64,000 bases of DNA. Source: an uncultured Planctomycetota bacterium (GTDB lineage Bacteria > Planctomycetota > Planctomycetia > Isosphaerales > Isosphaeraceae). The DNA lies in assembly GCA_963823665.1 (NCBI GenBank), contig CAWGMQ010000003.1:160001-224000 (forward strand). The letters are read 5' to 3'. How positions within the stretch are numbered: position 1 is the stretch's first letter; the number at the start of each line of letters is the position of its first letter. Shown here one piece after another: positions 54,086 through 64,000 of this stretch. The notes under the pieces were generated by a model, which searched no databases, had not been told where the DNA came from, and saw nothing but the letters and a program-made list of their open reading frames with translations. Position numbers and translations under genes: made by a program.

Positions 54086-56518
54086 GGATGCGGTTAATCA
54101 GATAGCCGGGGCGCACGCTGACGTGGAACGCAGGCGTCCCCTTGAGCCACGTGTTTTGGGAAATGTCCTTGGGAATCTGACCGCGTGATATCAGGCGCAG
54201 GACCTCGGTGCCGGGGACCTTGGTCATGGTGATGCGGATGGTCACGCCATCATGATGCGCGGCACAGGTGCGGCGGAATTCCTCGGCATTATTGCGCAAG
54301 TATTGCGCCAGATGGTGCTGGGCCCATTCAGCGATCTTGGCGGCGAGCAATGGTCCGGCATGCCTCAGCCAGGGTGGCGTCTTGCCCTCCAGGTTCGGGG
54401 TTTCGCTGACGATCAAGATCTCCGGCGGCAGGTGGCGCTCGTGCAACGCCATCTTGAGGGCGATCGTCGGCCGCGCCATCAGGTGTTTGAGCCGTGCGAA
54501 CGCCGCCGCCGCGTTTTGGCCCTTGGCGAGCTCTGCCGAGACGCGCTGGCAGAGGGGCTCGCTCAGGTAGAGCCACAGCCGGATCTCGCCTTTGATCAGG
54601 TTGATGCGGAGCTCGGCACGGACGGGCCGGACATGGCGGTGGTGCCGGCGGCCCTTCACCGGCTCGACGCGATAGAGGCGCTGCCCGACATGGAGCTTTT
54701 GTGGGCTGGCAAGATAGGCTTTCGGTGTGGCGCGCGACCCCAAGGCCGAGTTCGGGCCCAGGAGCGCGCCTGCGGCCTGCGGCGTGAGCGGATGCAGATG
54801 ACTCGCCGGAAAGCCCTCGGCGCGCGCAATCGTTGAGCCGGTCGTGCCCGGGAGCGCCTGGTAGACGGAGATCTTCGCCTTGAGAGGTTTGTCGGCAGGT
54901 TCGCCAAGGTGGTCGCGGACGTGGTCATGCAAGGTCGCGCTGCCGAATGTTTCGATCTTGCTGGCGACGCGCGGGGTAATCGTGGCCGGCAGAGATTCAC
55001 TGTACTTTGCATAACGCTTGCGATCCGAGTCGGCCGGCATCCGGGACCACCTCCCGTCATGGTCGGCGGTCTGCGCAATTCGGGCTTGATGATCGAGTCA
55101 GGGAAGTAGGACGACGCGGCGTTTTCGAATGCTTCGCTCACGGCGGCAGCCAGGAGCGTCTCGTTCTCGAATACGTGCGGCGGCAACTCGGCCAAGCTGG
55201 TGAGAGTCTCCTCCACGGTGGCCGCAAGGGCCTCGGTGGCCGCCGAGCGTGGCGGGGACTTACCGGCCTCCAGACCAAACAACTGGAGCCCTGCGCCGGC
55301 GATGTATGGCGAAATCTGCTTGGCGGGCTCAGCGCCGATGAGCGGACGGATGACGTGCGAGAGGAGGCCGCCGATGAACTTCACGACGCGAGGGCGCCCA
55401 AGGATCGCGATCGCGCTCTTGGCGGCCACCCATACTGCGCCGATGGCCGGCAAGAAGTGCTCGATGACCGGCTGCGCCGATTCGCCGGTTCTCAGCCGCC
55501 CCAGGCCGTCAGCCAGCTCGGCACGGGCGCGGTCGAGCATGGCGAGCGAGGGTTCGTTCTCGTGCTGTGGTTCCTCACCGTAGCTCGACACAATGTGATC
55601 TGCCTCTGCCTCATCGGGCGTGAGCATGAGCTCGGCCAATTGCACGTCAAACTCGGTTTCCAGCCGTGCGGCGTCCTCGGCTGCCGGAATCACCTCCGCC
55701 TCGGTCTGCTCGTGATCCTCGCCCTCGCCTTCGTGGGTCTCGCCGATCTTGTGGAAAAGGCGATCGGAAAGTCGCTGAGCGATCGGTCGAAGCTGCACGG
55801 GGAGCTTCTTGAGTGCGAACCGCACCACTTTGCCCAGCAGGAAGCGCGCAAGCTTCTTGAGCGGCAACAGCAACGGCGCCAGCGCGAACTTGCCGACAAT
55901 TTTGACTGCGCCCTTCGCGAGCTTTGCCGCTCCCGAAACGACTTTGCCCACCTTTCGGACGAGACCACCCAGAAACTGCTCGGACGCCGGGGAAGGCGAT
56001 TCGCTGCTCGGGGAAACCTCGTTTACGACGCGCTCGATCTCTTGTTCGGTCAGCGTTTCGGCTTGATAGCCTTCGAGCCGTTCGAAGAAGTGGTCCAGCA
56101 TCGCTTCGGCCCGGGCGGCGAGAGGCTCGAAATGGTCGTTGAGAAGACGTTCGGCCGCGAGGTCGCGCGTCTCTCGGTCACCATAATCGCCGGCGAGCTG
56201 TTCCCCGTGGACGTCGAGCGCTTCATCGGCGAGCTGTTCCAATGCTTCCCGAAACTCGCTGTCTTTAAGCTCCGCAGTAAGCTCGGCGAGGGCTGCCACC
56301 TCGGGCGCAGTGGCCTCAGTCTCTCCCGTTTCGGTTGACTCGCTGCGCAGAAAAGGAGTAGAGAAGTCCCACGGTCCCGTGAGGGACTCGCTGATTGCCG
56401 CCTCGCGCAGGGGTTCCTCTTGTGACTCATCAAGCTGGTGTTCAACAATGAAGGGCGTTTCGGCGAACGGGCGGTCTTCGTACACCTCCGAGTATCCGTT
56501 TTGTGATCTCTGTGCCAT
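54078..56518 (-). CDS. ~813-aa hypothetical protein with acidic N-terminus and cationic amphipathic helices; frameshift near 55070
   Basis: E/D-rich first ~180 aa, then EQFLGGLVRKVGKVVSGAAKLAKGAVKIVGK. Continues in a second frame as ...MPADSDRKRYAKYS. Confidence 0.78.
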
Positions 56519-57353
56519 GGCTCACCCTTTCGTGGTCGTAGCTTCCGACTGTCACACCTGGTCTGCCCCGAACGATCAACGCATAGGCGACTTGTGGGCT
56601 GGCCTCCTGAATCAGCCGAATGACGTCCCGGGCGTCACCAGCCAGCGTCACAGCAAGCACCCGATGGGGTCGGGATCACGTCATTTTCATCGAAGAATGA
56701 ATATGATCATAAAACTGAAGCGCGCACCGCTCACGTCTGTTTGGTCGGCCGTTCGAACCGATCAAACGTTCCAAGCCGTGACCACAGTATCGCTGCTCGC
56801 GCTCCGTCCGCACCGAACTTGCGCTTCGAGCCAGCGTACGAGGCACGATTTCGTCAGTTCCCTGCCGGGGCTGTTTCCTGGAGCAGAATGCCGAGCTCAA
56901 TTCTCCTCTGGTTCATTCAAGTGCAGGAAAGATACCGATGAGTCCAACGCCGACAACTCTCTTTGCTCGACGGTCAAGGAGCATGAAAATTGGGCCGCTC
57001 AATCTGTCGTGGTATCTTGTAACACGCGCAATATAGATTGTAAATAGCCCAGTCCTCTCAAAGTATTTATCCATATCTAGAGCTCCCAAAATCACGCAGA
57101 TGTCTGGAAGAATGCGGTAAATGCAATGATTGGGATATTTCAAAGTAGCAGAATTGCGAGCTAATCGCTGGGTCACGGTGGATTTCAAGCTTGAAAGAGC
57201 CTCTCCGAATCGCACAGTGGCGACAGAGCTCACCTGCTGAGTGGGAGTTGATTCGTGGGAGACAGAACTGCGGACAACAAGCTTCCGGGACAAGACCGTC
57301 CATGTCCACGGGCTTCTTGAACAGATCTTTGGGTCAGACGCGCAACATCGCGT

Positions 57354-57986
57354 TCATAGCCCACCGAGCTCTTCGCGCAGTCGCTTGAGCACACGTGATT
57401 TCGCCACCCGGACAGCCCCCGGGCTCATTCCCAGCTCCTCGCCAACTTCCGCAGGCAACTTGCCGTCAACCGCGGTCATCCAGAATGCCTGCCACGTGCG
57501 CGCTTCAAACTCATTCCGAATGAGTTCGACTGCCGCGCGGAGCAATCCAGCCGAGTCGTGGCTGCCACCCGACTCCTCCCATTCGCGGAGGCTTGGCTCG
57601 GGCAGACTCGCCAGCCGGCGCTGGGCTTCGGTCCCCCCTTCTCCACCTCCACCCGGCTGCCGGCCCAGCTTGCGCAGATGGTCGCGCACCTTGTTGTCCG
57701 TGATCCGGTGCAGCCATCCTCGGAACGTATCGCCGGCATTCTCTTTGCGAAACCCGCCGATGTTTCTGGCGAGGGAATGAAACACGTCCTGAAAAACGTC
57801 CGCGGCCTCGTGCTCGGAAACGTCCCAGCGTCTCACCCAGCGATAGACAACCGGACCATAAAGCCCGACCAGAGTCTCCCACGCCGCGCCGTCATCGGCT
57901 TTCACTCGTTCCAGCAGGCTTCGTGAAGTCGCGCCCGATGACGGCGGCTCACGCCCGCTCGATCCCGTTTCGTCGACGTGGATCAT
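57354..57986 (-). CDS. ECF RNA polymerase sigma factor
   Basis: TSRSLLERV..DDGAAWETLVGLY, DVFQDVF, TFRGWLHRITDNKVRD, AVRVAKSRVLKRLR. Confidence 0.93.
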   Translation of the reverse strand: MIHVDETGSSGREPPSSGATSRSLLERVKADDGAAWETLVGLYGPVVYRWVRRWDVSEHEAADVFQDVFHSLARNIGGFRKENAGDTFRGWLHRITDNKVRDHLRKLGRQPGGGGEGGTEAQRRLASLPEPSLREWEESGGSHDSAGLLRAAVELIRNEFEARTWQAFWMTAVDGKLPAEVGEELGMSPGAVRVAKSRVLKRLREELGGL

Positions 57987-58139
57987 GGTCGCACTCGATG
58001 CCGGAACCTGAAGGTGGCCAGAACTCTAACCATCAACGATAATGATTTCGGGTCTTCCCGACGAGTGTGGCAAAAGATCACGTTCAGTCGCATCGCCTGA
58101 AACCCAGCCCGAGACGGGCGTGGCACGCGGGGTCGAGCC

Positions 58140-60002
58140 ATGGACCTGACGGATTGCCCGGGTCGAGCCGAGCTGGAACGATTCGCCGTCGGCGATCTCC
58201 CGCGCCCCGAGCTCGCCCGCCTGTCGGGCCACATCGAGAAATGTACCGCCTGTGATCACGCTCTCCAGGCGCTCGACGCGATTTCGGACCCACTGCTCTC
58301 CGATTTGCGGTCTCTCCTGCCCGACAACGCCGCAGGTCTCGACCCAGTCCCCGCTGCCCTGCTCGCCCGAGTGCGGTCACATCGCGAGCTGGCGGGCTCT
58401 GCGTCGTGGCTCTCAGAGGTCGGAACCTTGCGAAGCCTCGGCCGATTCGAGCTGCTCGAGCAGGTCGGCGTGGGGTCGTTCGGCTACGTCTTCCGGGCGC
58501 GCGACACCGAGCTCGGCCGCCAGGTCGCCATCAAGATTCCCAGGGCCGGCCACCTCGCCAGCCAGGAAGACGCCGCCCGTTTTCTGCGCGAGGCGAGAAG
58601 CGCGGCCCAGCTCAAGCACCCCGGCATCATCACCATCCACGAGACCGGTCAGACCGAAGACGGTACGTTCTATCTGGTGGAGGAATTCGTCCAGGGAACA
58701 ACCCTGAGCGCGCGCCTCGCCGCCGGCTCGATTCCCTTTCGCGATTCGGCCGAATTAGTCGCCGCCGTTTGCGATGCTCTCGACTGTGCCCACGGCCACG
58801 GCGTCATCCACCGCGACATCAAGCCCGCCAATATCCTGCTCGACTCGCTCGGCCATCCGCACTTGATGGACTTTGGCCTGGCCAAGCGCGAAGCCGAAGA
58901 CACCGTCATGACCCAGGACGGTCAGGTGCTCGGCACCCCGGCCTACATGTCGCCCGAACAAGCCCGCGGTGAATCACACCGGGTCGACGTGCGCACCGAC
59001 ATCTACAGCACCGGCGTTGTGCTCTACGAGCTCTTGACCGGCGAGCGGCCCTTCCGCGGCAATCGCCGCATGCTCCTCCTCCAGGTCATGGACGACGAGC
59101 CGCGGCCGCCCCGCCAGCTCAACGATAAAATCCCGCGCGATCTCGAAACCATCTGCCTGAAGGCAATGGCCAAGTCGCCCGCGCGGCGCTATTCTTCCGC
59201 CAGGGAGCTCCAGGAAGACCTGGGCCGGTTTCTGTCCGGCGATCCCATCCGCGCACGCCCCATTGGCTGGCCCGTGCGACTGAAACGCTGGTTCCGGCGC
59301 AACCCCGTGGCCGCGAGCTTGCTCGTCGCGGTCTCCCTGGGCTCGGCTGTTGGATTGTGGCATCTTTCGACGCTTTCCTCACAGCTCGTGCAATCGACCG
59401 CCATCGAAGGCGCCGCTCAGCAGGCCGAGATGCTCGAAGTGGTCAACGCGTTCTATACCTCGGAAGTTGTCGACCGGGTGCAGCCGCATGGGATCGTGGC
59501 CACGGGCGACTACGCCACCAAGAAAGGGGCGATTCCGCTGCCCGTGGTATTCTTGATCGAATCCGGCCAGCGGATCGGTGAGCGCAGCAAGTCCGGGATG
59601 TTCGTCCGGCTTTATAGCGACCATCCGTTCCGATCGCGCAAAGATGGCGGAGCTCACGACCAGTTCGAGCGGGACGCGCTCGCTGGTTTGCGGCAACATC
59701 CCGACGACCCGGTCTTTCGGTTCGAGGTCTACAAGGACCGTCCGTCGCTGCGCTACGCCGCGGCCCGTCGAATGGATGCGAATTGCATCAATTGCCATAA
59801 CAACGACCCGAACAGCCCCAAGCGGGATTGGAAGGTAGGCGAAGTGGGCGGAGTGCTCGAGATCATCCGCCCGCTCGACCGCGATGTTTCCCGCGCCCGC
59901 GAGGGCCTGAGGGGAACGCTCATTTTGATGGCGGTCGTCTCCGGCACTTTGCTCGGTCTTTCCGGGCTGGTGCTGGTCACTCGATCGCGGCGACTCAGGT
60001 AA
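58140..60002 (+). CDS. Ser/Thr protein kinase with N-terminal HxxxCxxC zinc motif and extracytoplasmic DUF3365/Tll0287-like heme-c domain
   Basis: HIEKCTAC, GVGSFG, HRDIKPAN, DFG, GTPAYMSPE, TM, CINCH...WKVGEVGG, TM. Confidence 0.9.
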   Translation: MDLTDCPGRAELERFAVGDLPRPELARLSGHIEKCTACDHALQALDAISDPLLSDLRSLLPDNAAGLDPVPAALLARVRSHRELAGSASWLSEVGTLRSLGRFELLEQVGVGSFGYVFRARDTELGRQVAIKIPRAGHLASQEDAARFLREARSAAQLKHPGIITIHETGQTEDGTFYLVEEFVQGTTLSARLAAGSIPFRDSAELVAAVCDALDCAHGHGVIHRDIKPANILLDSLGHPHLMDFGLAKREAEDTVMTQDGQVLGTPAYMSPEQARGESHRVDVRTDIYSTGVVLYELLTGERPFRGNRRMLLLQVMDDEPRPPRQLNDKIPRDLETICLKAMAKSPARRYSSARELQEDLGRFLSGDPIRARPIGWPVRLKRWFRRNPVAASLLVAVSLGSAVGLWHLSTLSSQLVQSTAIEGAAQQAEMLEVVNAFYTSEVVDRVQPHGIVATGDYATKKGAIPLPVVFLIESGQRIGERSKSGMFVRLYSDHPFRSRKDGGAHDQFERDALAGLRQHPDDPVFRFEVYKDRPSLRYAAARRMDANCINCHNNDPNSPKRDWKVGEVGGVLEIIRPLDRDVSRAREGLRGTLILMAVVSGTLLGLSGLVLVTRSRRLR

Positions 60003-60380
60003 GCCTATGGATGTCGTCACAGAATGCCCCGCTTGTATGGGTATCTGGCTTGGCGTCAGCTTTTGCTTATGCCTTATCCCGCTTTCGATCGGCCGATGGT
60101 TCCGTAAGCCGAGCAACCGATCGGACCCCACGCGGAGTCCGTGACAATCTGCTCAAAGGTTAGCGCGAACAGTTGGCCGCGGATCGTTGTGGGAAGTTAG
60201 ATCGGCTGGACGCGACCCGGCAGCGATTTTATGCGGTTTGCCGCATAAGATTGAAGTCGTGTAACACGGTCGCGTTAATAGGAGAAGAGGATTCTTTGAG
60301 CTGATTGATGCCCGGATCGTTTCCCAGGGGCGATTGTCGCGTCCCGCGCTTCTTCTCACGAAACCCAGGGGAGAACGAAC

Positions 60381-61916
60381 ATGCACCGCAGTCACCGTCG
60401 TGAGTTTCTCGCAAATGTGGGCCGGGGCATGCTGGTCGCCAGCGTGGGACCGGTCCTCGCGCAGGATCTCGGTTTGGCTCCCGCGGCCCTGGCGGATGAC
60501 TCCGCCAGCCGTCTCACGTTCGGCGCGATCGAGCCGCTGGTCGCACTCATGCAAGATACCCCGATCGACCGGATGCTCCCGGCTGTCGTCGACAAGATCA
60601 GATCCGGCGAACACTTCGGCCGGCTGGTCGCCGCCGCGGCCCTGGCCAATGCCCGCACCTTCGGCGGAAACGATTATGAGGGCTATCACACCCTCATGGC
60701 ACTGGTACCGGCCTACCAGATGTCGCGCGAGCTGCCCGAGTCGCAGAAGGCACTGCCGCTTCTGAAAGTCTTCTACCGCAACACCAACCACATCCAGCAG
60801 TTGGGCGGCCACTCACACGAGGCTCTGCACCCCGTGGCTGCGGCGCAGCTCTCTGCCGGCGAATGCGGCGGTGAAGCCCTGCGCGATCTCGTTCGGCGGC
60901 GCGACGTCGACGGTGCCGAGCGGGCCTTCGCGGCACTGACCGAAAAGTCGGTCTCCGACGCCTACAACGATCTCCAGTACCTGGTTCAGGATTATGTTGA
61001 CGTCCACCGCGTCGTCCTGGCCTGGAGGGCCTGGAGCTTGCTCGACCTGGCCGGCAAGGAAAACGCGCACACCTTGCTTCGTCAATCGGTCCGGTTCTGT
61101 TGCGACGAAGAGAAACATGCCCGGAACGACGCGCTTCGCGTCCTGCTGCCCCGCCTGCTCGAGACCAAGGGCTTGTTGGACGACAAACACAAGGAACGTG
61201 CAGCGACCGATGAGTGGATTGAAGCGCTCAGTCACACGATTTACGCCTCGAACAGGCAGCAAGCCGCCGAAGCGGTGGCCCAGGCGCTCGCCGAGGGGTT
61301 CTCGGCGGAGGCTGTCGGCGAAGCGATTTCGCTGGCCGCAAACCAGCTCGTGCTGCACGACCCCGGCCGCAAGAAGGAAGATTCACCTGCCAAGCCGGTT
61401 GGGAGCGTCCATGGGGCCTCCGTCGGCGTGCATGCCTCTGACGCCGCCAACGCCTGGCGGAACATCGCGCGGGTGAGCAACCGCCGCAACACCGTCGCCA
61501 GCATGATCGTCGGCGCCTATCATACCGCCGGGCAGACGAACGGCTTGAACCCGAAGCCGTACCCGTTCGCCGAGCACCGCGAAAAGGTGCGCTCTGTCTC
61601 ACCCGACGAATTGCTGCGCGAGGCCGAGACCGCTATCAAGGCCAAGGACCAGGTCCGCGCCTGTGCGCTCATTCATCGCTACGGCGAGCTGGGCCGGCCC
61701 GAGCGGCCGGTCTTCGACATGTTGCTTCGCTATGCAATCAGCGAAGATGGCGCTCTCCATGCCGAGAAGTACTATCGCACCGTCAGTGAAGAGTTCGCTG
61801 TGGCACGGCCTGCCTTCCGCTGGAACCACCTGGCGGGCCTGGCCCGCGTGACGGCCAGCGAATTCGGCTACCCGGCGCCCGGCGTTGCCGAAGCTCGCAA
61901 GCTGCTGAGCGTTTGA
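60381..61916 (+). CDS. Tat-exported hypothetical helical protein
   Basis: HRREFL twin-arginine signal ending ALA. Several His/Glu motifs (GYHT, DVHR, SVHG, ALHAEKY) suggest metal binding. Confidence 0.75.
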   Translation: MHRSHRREFLANVGRGMLVASVGPVLAQDLGLAPAALADDSASRLTFGAIEPLVALMQDTPIDRMLPAVVDKIRSGEHFGRLVAAAALANARTFGGNDYEGYHTLMALVPAYQMSRELPESQKALPLLKVFYRNTNHIQQLGGHSHEALHPVAAAQLSAGECGGEALRDLVRRRDVDGAERAFAALTEKSVSDAYNDLQYLVQDYVDVHRVVLAWRAWSLLDLAGKENAHTLLRQSVRFCCDEEKHARNDALRVLLPRLLETKGLLDDKHKERAATDEWIEALSHTIYASNRQQAAEAVAQALAEGFSAEAVGEAISLAANQLVLHDPGRKKEDSPAKPVGSVHGASVGVHASDAANAWRNIARVSNRRNTVASMIVGAYHTAGQTNGLNPKPYPFAEHREKVRSVSPDELLREAETAIKAKDQVRACALIHRYGELGRPERPVFDMLLRYAISEDGALHAEKYYRTVSEEFAVARPAFRWNHLAGLARVTASEFGYPAPGVAEARKLLSV

Positions 61917-61929
61917 TAATCACCCGCGG

Positions 61930-64000
61930 CTAGTGTTCAATTTGCAGAATCGACGCCAGCCGCGGGTGATGGGCAACCGACTCGAAGTCGGGCTGAAACG
62001 ACGGGCCTGTGATCGACCCCTTCTCGATCTTGATCGCCATGGCCAGGGCATCGACCGACCGATCGCCATAGTCACGCACCTGATCAGCCGCCGGTGGCGC
62101 GGTTTTCGATGCGGCCGAACGCACACAAAGCGCGTAAACACGCGCGACATCGATGAGCGTGTCCGCATCACCCGGATGAGCACGTGTCAGCTTCGCAGCG
62201 AGGCGGGCCGCTTCGTCGTGGCGACCGCTTCGAGCAAGCTGCAAAGCGCGGAGCCTCTTGAGCCGCAGAGCAATCTCCGGCGGATGCCCATCGATCGAGG
62301 CTTCGTCCTGGATCGCTCGATCGGCGGCGCGATAGACTGCAAGCCCTTTCGCACTGACCGATTCAATCGCGGCCGCGAACGAAGGCGTCATACCGGGTCG
62401 TCCTGCCATCCCGCGCAGCGACTGGCGTGCGCGTTCGACCGCGTGCACCGCATCCTGGAACCGCCCCGCACGTTCCTCGCTCTCGACCAGCATCCGATAA
62501 ACCTCCATCACGTCGGACTGCTTCTGGCGTGATCCAGGATCTTGTGCCGCGAGGGTCTCGTACAGGGCCAGCGAGGTGTCGAGCGCCTTGCGGGCACCGG
62601 CAGCGTCGCCCGCCGCGCTCAGCGTTTCACCGATCAGGGCATGCGAGACCGCGACGTTCCTCGCATACTCGGCGCTCGCGGGCTCGCTCCGTGCGTTCGC
62701 TTCAAACACCGCGAGCGCCTTGCGGTGCCACCCGAGCGCCTCCGCGTACTTGAATTGAAGTTGCGAGGCGCTGCCAAGCTTCTGCATCACGAAGGCATGC
62801 TCATTGCGGCCCTTCGGATCGTCGGGATCGAATGCGACACGCTTTTCCACTTCCTCGAGAGCTTCGCGGTAGCGTGCGACGGCCGCGGCGTAGCGAAACA
62901 GGGCGACCTCGGTATCGCCGAGCCGGCCAAGCACAAATCGCAGGTCCGACTGGTGCTGCTTGAAGTCCGTGGGCGGAACCTGCCGCGTCAGTGCCAATCC
63001 GTGGCGGAACGATTCTCGCGCGGCCTTGGGATCCTTGCCGAGGAGTTGCGCCTCACCGATCTTGTTGGCCGAGACGACCAGGTCGCGAAGGCCCTGTGGC
63101 GACTGGCGATACGCCTCGGGCATCTCCATCCGCACCTGCCGCGCCCGAGAAAACGCTGCCTGCGCCGTGGGAACGTCCGCAGCATACCGAGCCAGGTCGC
63201 CGAGCTTGTCGAACGCAAGTGCAAGCTGTTTGCGCACCTCCAGGGAATCTCCGCGATGCGCTCCCAGCATCGCCTCCGACTCGTCGCGTGCTGCCTGGAA
63301 ATTCTGTCTCGCCTCCGCGGTCCGGCCCGACAGGAACGCAAGGTCGCCCATGTGCTCTTTGGCGATGATGCGCGTCAGCGCAACATCTGCATCTCCGGAC
63401 TTGTCGCTCGCAATCTGCTGGAGCCGCGCCATCGCCTCTTCGGCCAGGCGCTGGCGCACCCGTAGCGTACCCGGCGCCCGCCCCAGGTGCTCCTGGATTT
63501 CCTTGACCAGACTGCCGATCGTTTCCAGCGCGACCAGCCGCTGCTGATTTGCCACCACGGCCCGCTCGGTCGCCTGCTTTTCCGCCGCCTGCGCCAGCGC
63601 GGCATTCCGGTCGGCGCGAACCCGCTCCGAGATGGCCGTGAGCCGGGCGCGATTGATCCGAACGGTCGCCACCAGTGAGCCGGCCGTGATCGCGATGAGC
63701 AAGAGCATCACCGAGGCACCGAGCGCCGCCACCGCGCGATGCCGCTTCGACCAGCGCCACAGCCGCTCGGCCGCTCCGGCTGGCCGGGCCTTGATCGGCT
63801 CGCCGCGCACCCACCGGCGCAGGTCTTCGCTTAGCTCGCCCGCCGTCGCATAGCGTCGATCCCGCTCATTGGCCATCGCCTTCAAACAGATGACTTCCAG
63901 GTCGCGGGGCAGGTTTTCGTTGAATGCACGCGGCGGCCGCGGCAAGTCGTAGAGCACCTGGTCGATGACCCTTGCCGGCGTACCCACAAAAGGAAGTTGA
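61930..64000 (-). CDS. Ser/Thr kinase with TPR-rich C-terminus; 5' part is outside the window
   Basis: PRDLEVICLKAM...RRYATAGELSEDLRRW...PIKARP, TM, coiled coil, TPRs. Confidence 0.9.
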   Translation of the reverse strand, partial: QLPFVGTPARVIDQVLYDLPRPPRAFNENLPRDLEVICLKAMANERDRRYATAGELSEDLRRWVRGEPIKARPAGAAERLWRWSKRHRAVAALGASVMLLLIAITAGSLVATVRINRARLTAISERVRADRNAALAQAAEKQATERAVVANQQRLVALETIGSLVKEIQEHLGRAPGTLRVRQRLAEEAMARLQQIASDKSGDADVALTRIIAKEHMGDLAFLSGRTAEARQNFQAARDESEAMLGAHRGDSLEVRKQLALAFDKLGDLARYAADVPTAQAAFSRARQVRMEMPEAYRQSPQGLRDLVVSANKIGEAQLLGKDPKAARESFRHGLALTRQVPPTDFKQHQSDLRFVLGRLGDTEVALFRYAAAVARYREALEEVEKRVAFDPDDPKGRNEHAFVMQKLGSASQLQFKYAEALGWHRKALAVFEANARSEPASAEYARNVAVSHALIGETLSAAGDAAGARKALDTSLALYETLAAQDPGSRQKQSDVMEVYRMLVESEERAGRFQDAVHAVERARQSLRGMAGRPGMTPSFAAAIESVSAKGLAVYRAADRAIQDEASIDGHPPEIALRLKRLRALQLARSGRHDEAARLAAKLTRAHPGDADTLIDVARVYALCVRSAASKTAPPAADQVRDYGDRSVDALAMAIKIEKGSITGPSFQPDFESVAHHPRLASILQIEH

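Noticed and set aside
46783..56518. Assignment of the cluster to eCIS, T6SS or a prophage lysis module
   Set aside because: No sheath, tube, baseplate, VgrG/PAAR, holin or capsid motifs were recognised.
56519..57353. Short ORFs in the AT-richer region upstream of the cluster
   Set aside because: No coding signal recognised. Probably regulatory, but no specific site could be supported.

Overview
High-GC bacterial window, most likely from a planctomycete of the Isosphaeraceae type (inferred from DUF4058, the LExRxLL-type secreted protein, the ECF/STK pair and the short pheT). Layout: (1) 1-10.5 kb housekeeping block infC-rpmI-rplT-pheS-[ISAs1]-small ORF-APC permease-pheT-GTPase-like gene. (2) 12.9-19.5 kb lodA/lodB-type CTQ amino-acid oxidase pair and an RHS/YD gene, both preceded by the same bipartite promoter-like motif. 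The RHS gene is cut by a 4.4-kb IS21 element carrying extra ParB-like and Zn-finger genes. (3) 24-29 kb IS-eroded defence island: Avs4-like C-terminus, IS3, CxxC 'mobilome' membrane protein, type II R-M pair. (4) 29.5-34.7 kb three group II introns: an ORF-less intron and an RT-encoding class E-like intron in consecutive units of a 33-34 bp tandem repeat, with a CL1-type intron nested in domain 6 of the second. (5) 34.7-46.7 kb mosaic of whole genes and fragments whose junctions repeatedly fall at the intron target motif GGGTGTCT. (6) 46.8-56.5 kb six-gene minus-strand cluster of uncharacterised proteins: acidic (S/T)PF leaders, cationic amphipathic helices, an HEXXH protein, an OmpA-like+lysozyme+PG-binding protein and an NlpC/P60-like protein. 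This is the best candidate for an undescribed system. (7) ECF sigma factor, a heme-c Ser/Thr kinase, a Tat protein and a TPR kinase. The essential gene pheT has two frameshifts, so the sequence probably contains indel errors and most frameshifts should not be read as pseudogenes. All family calls are from motif recognition by eye; no database searches were run.
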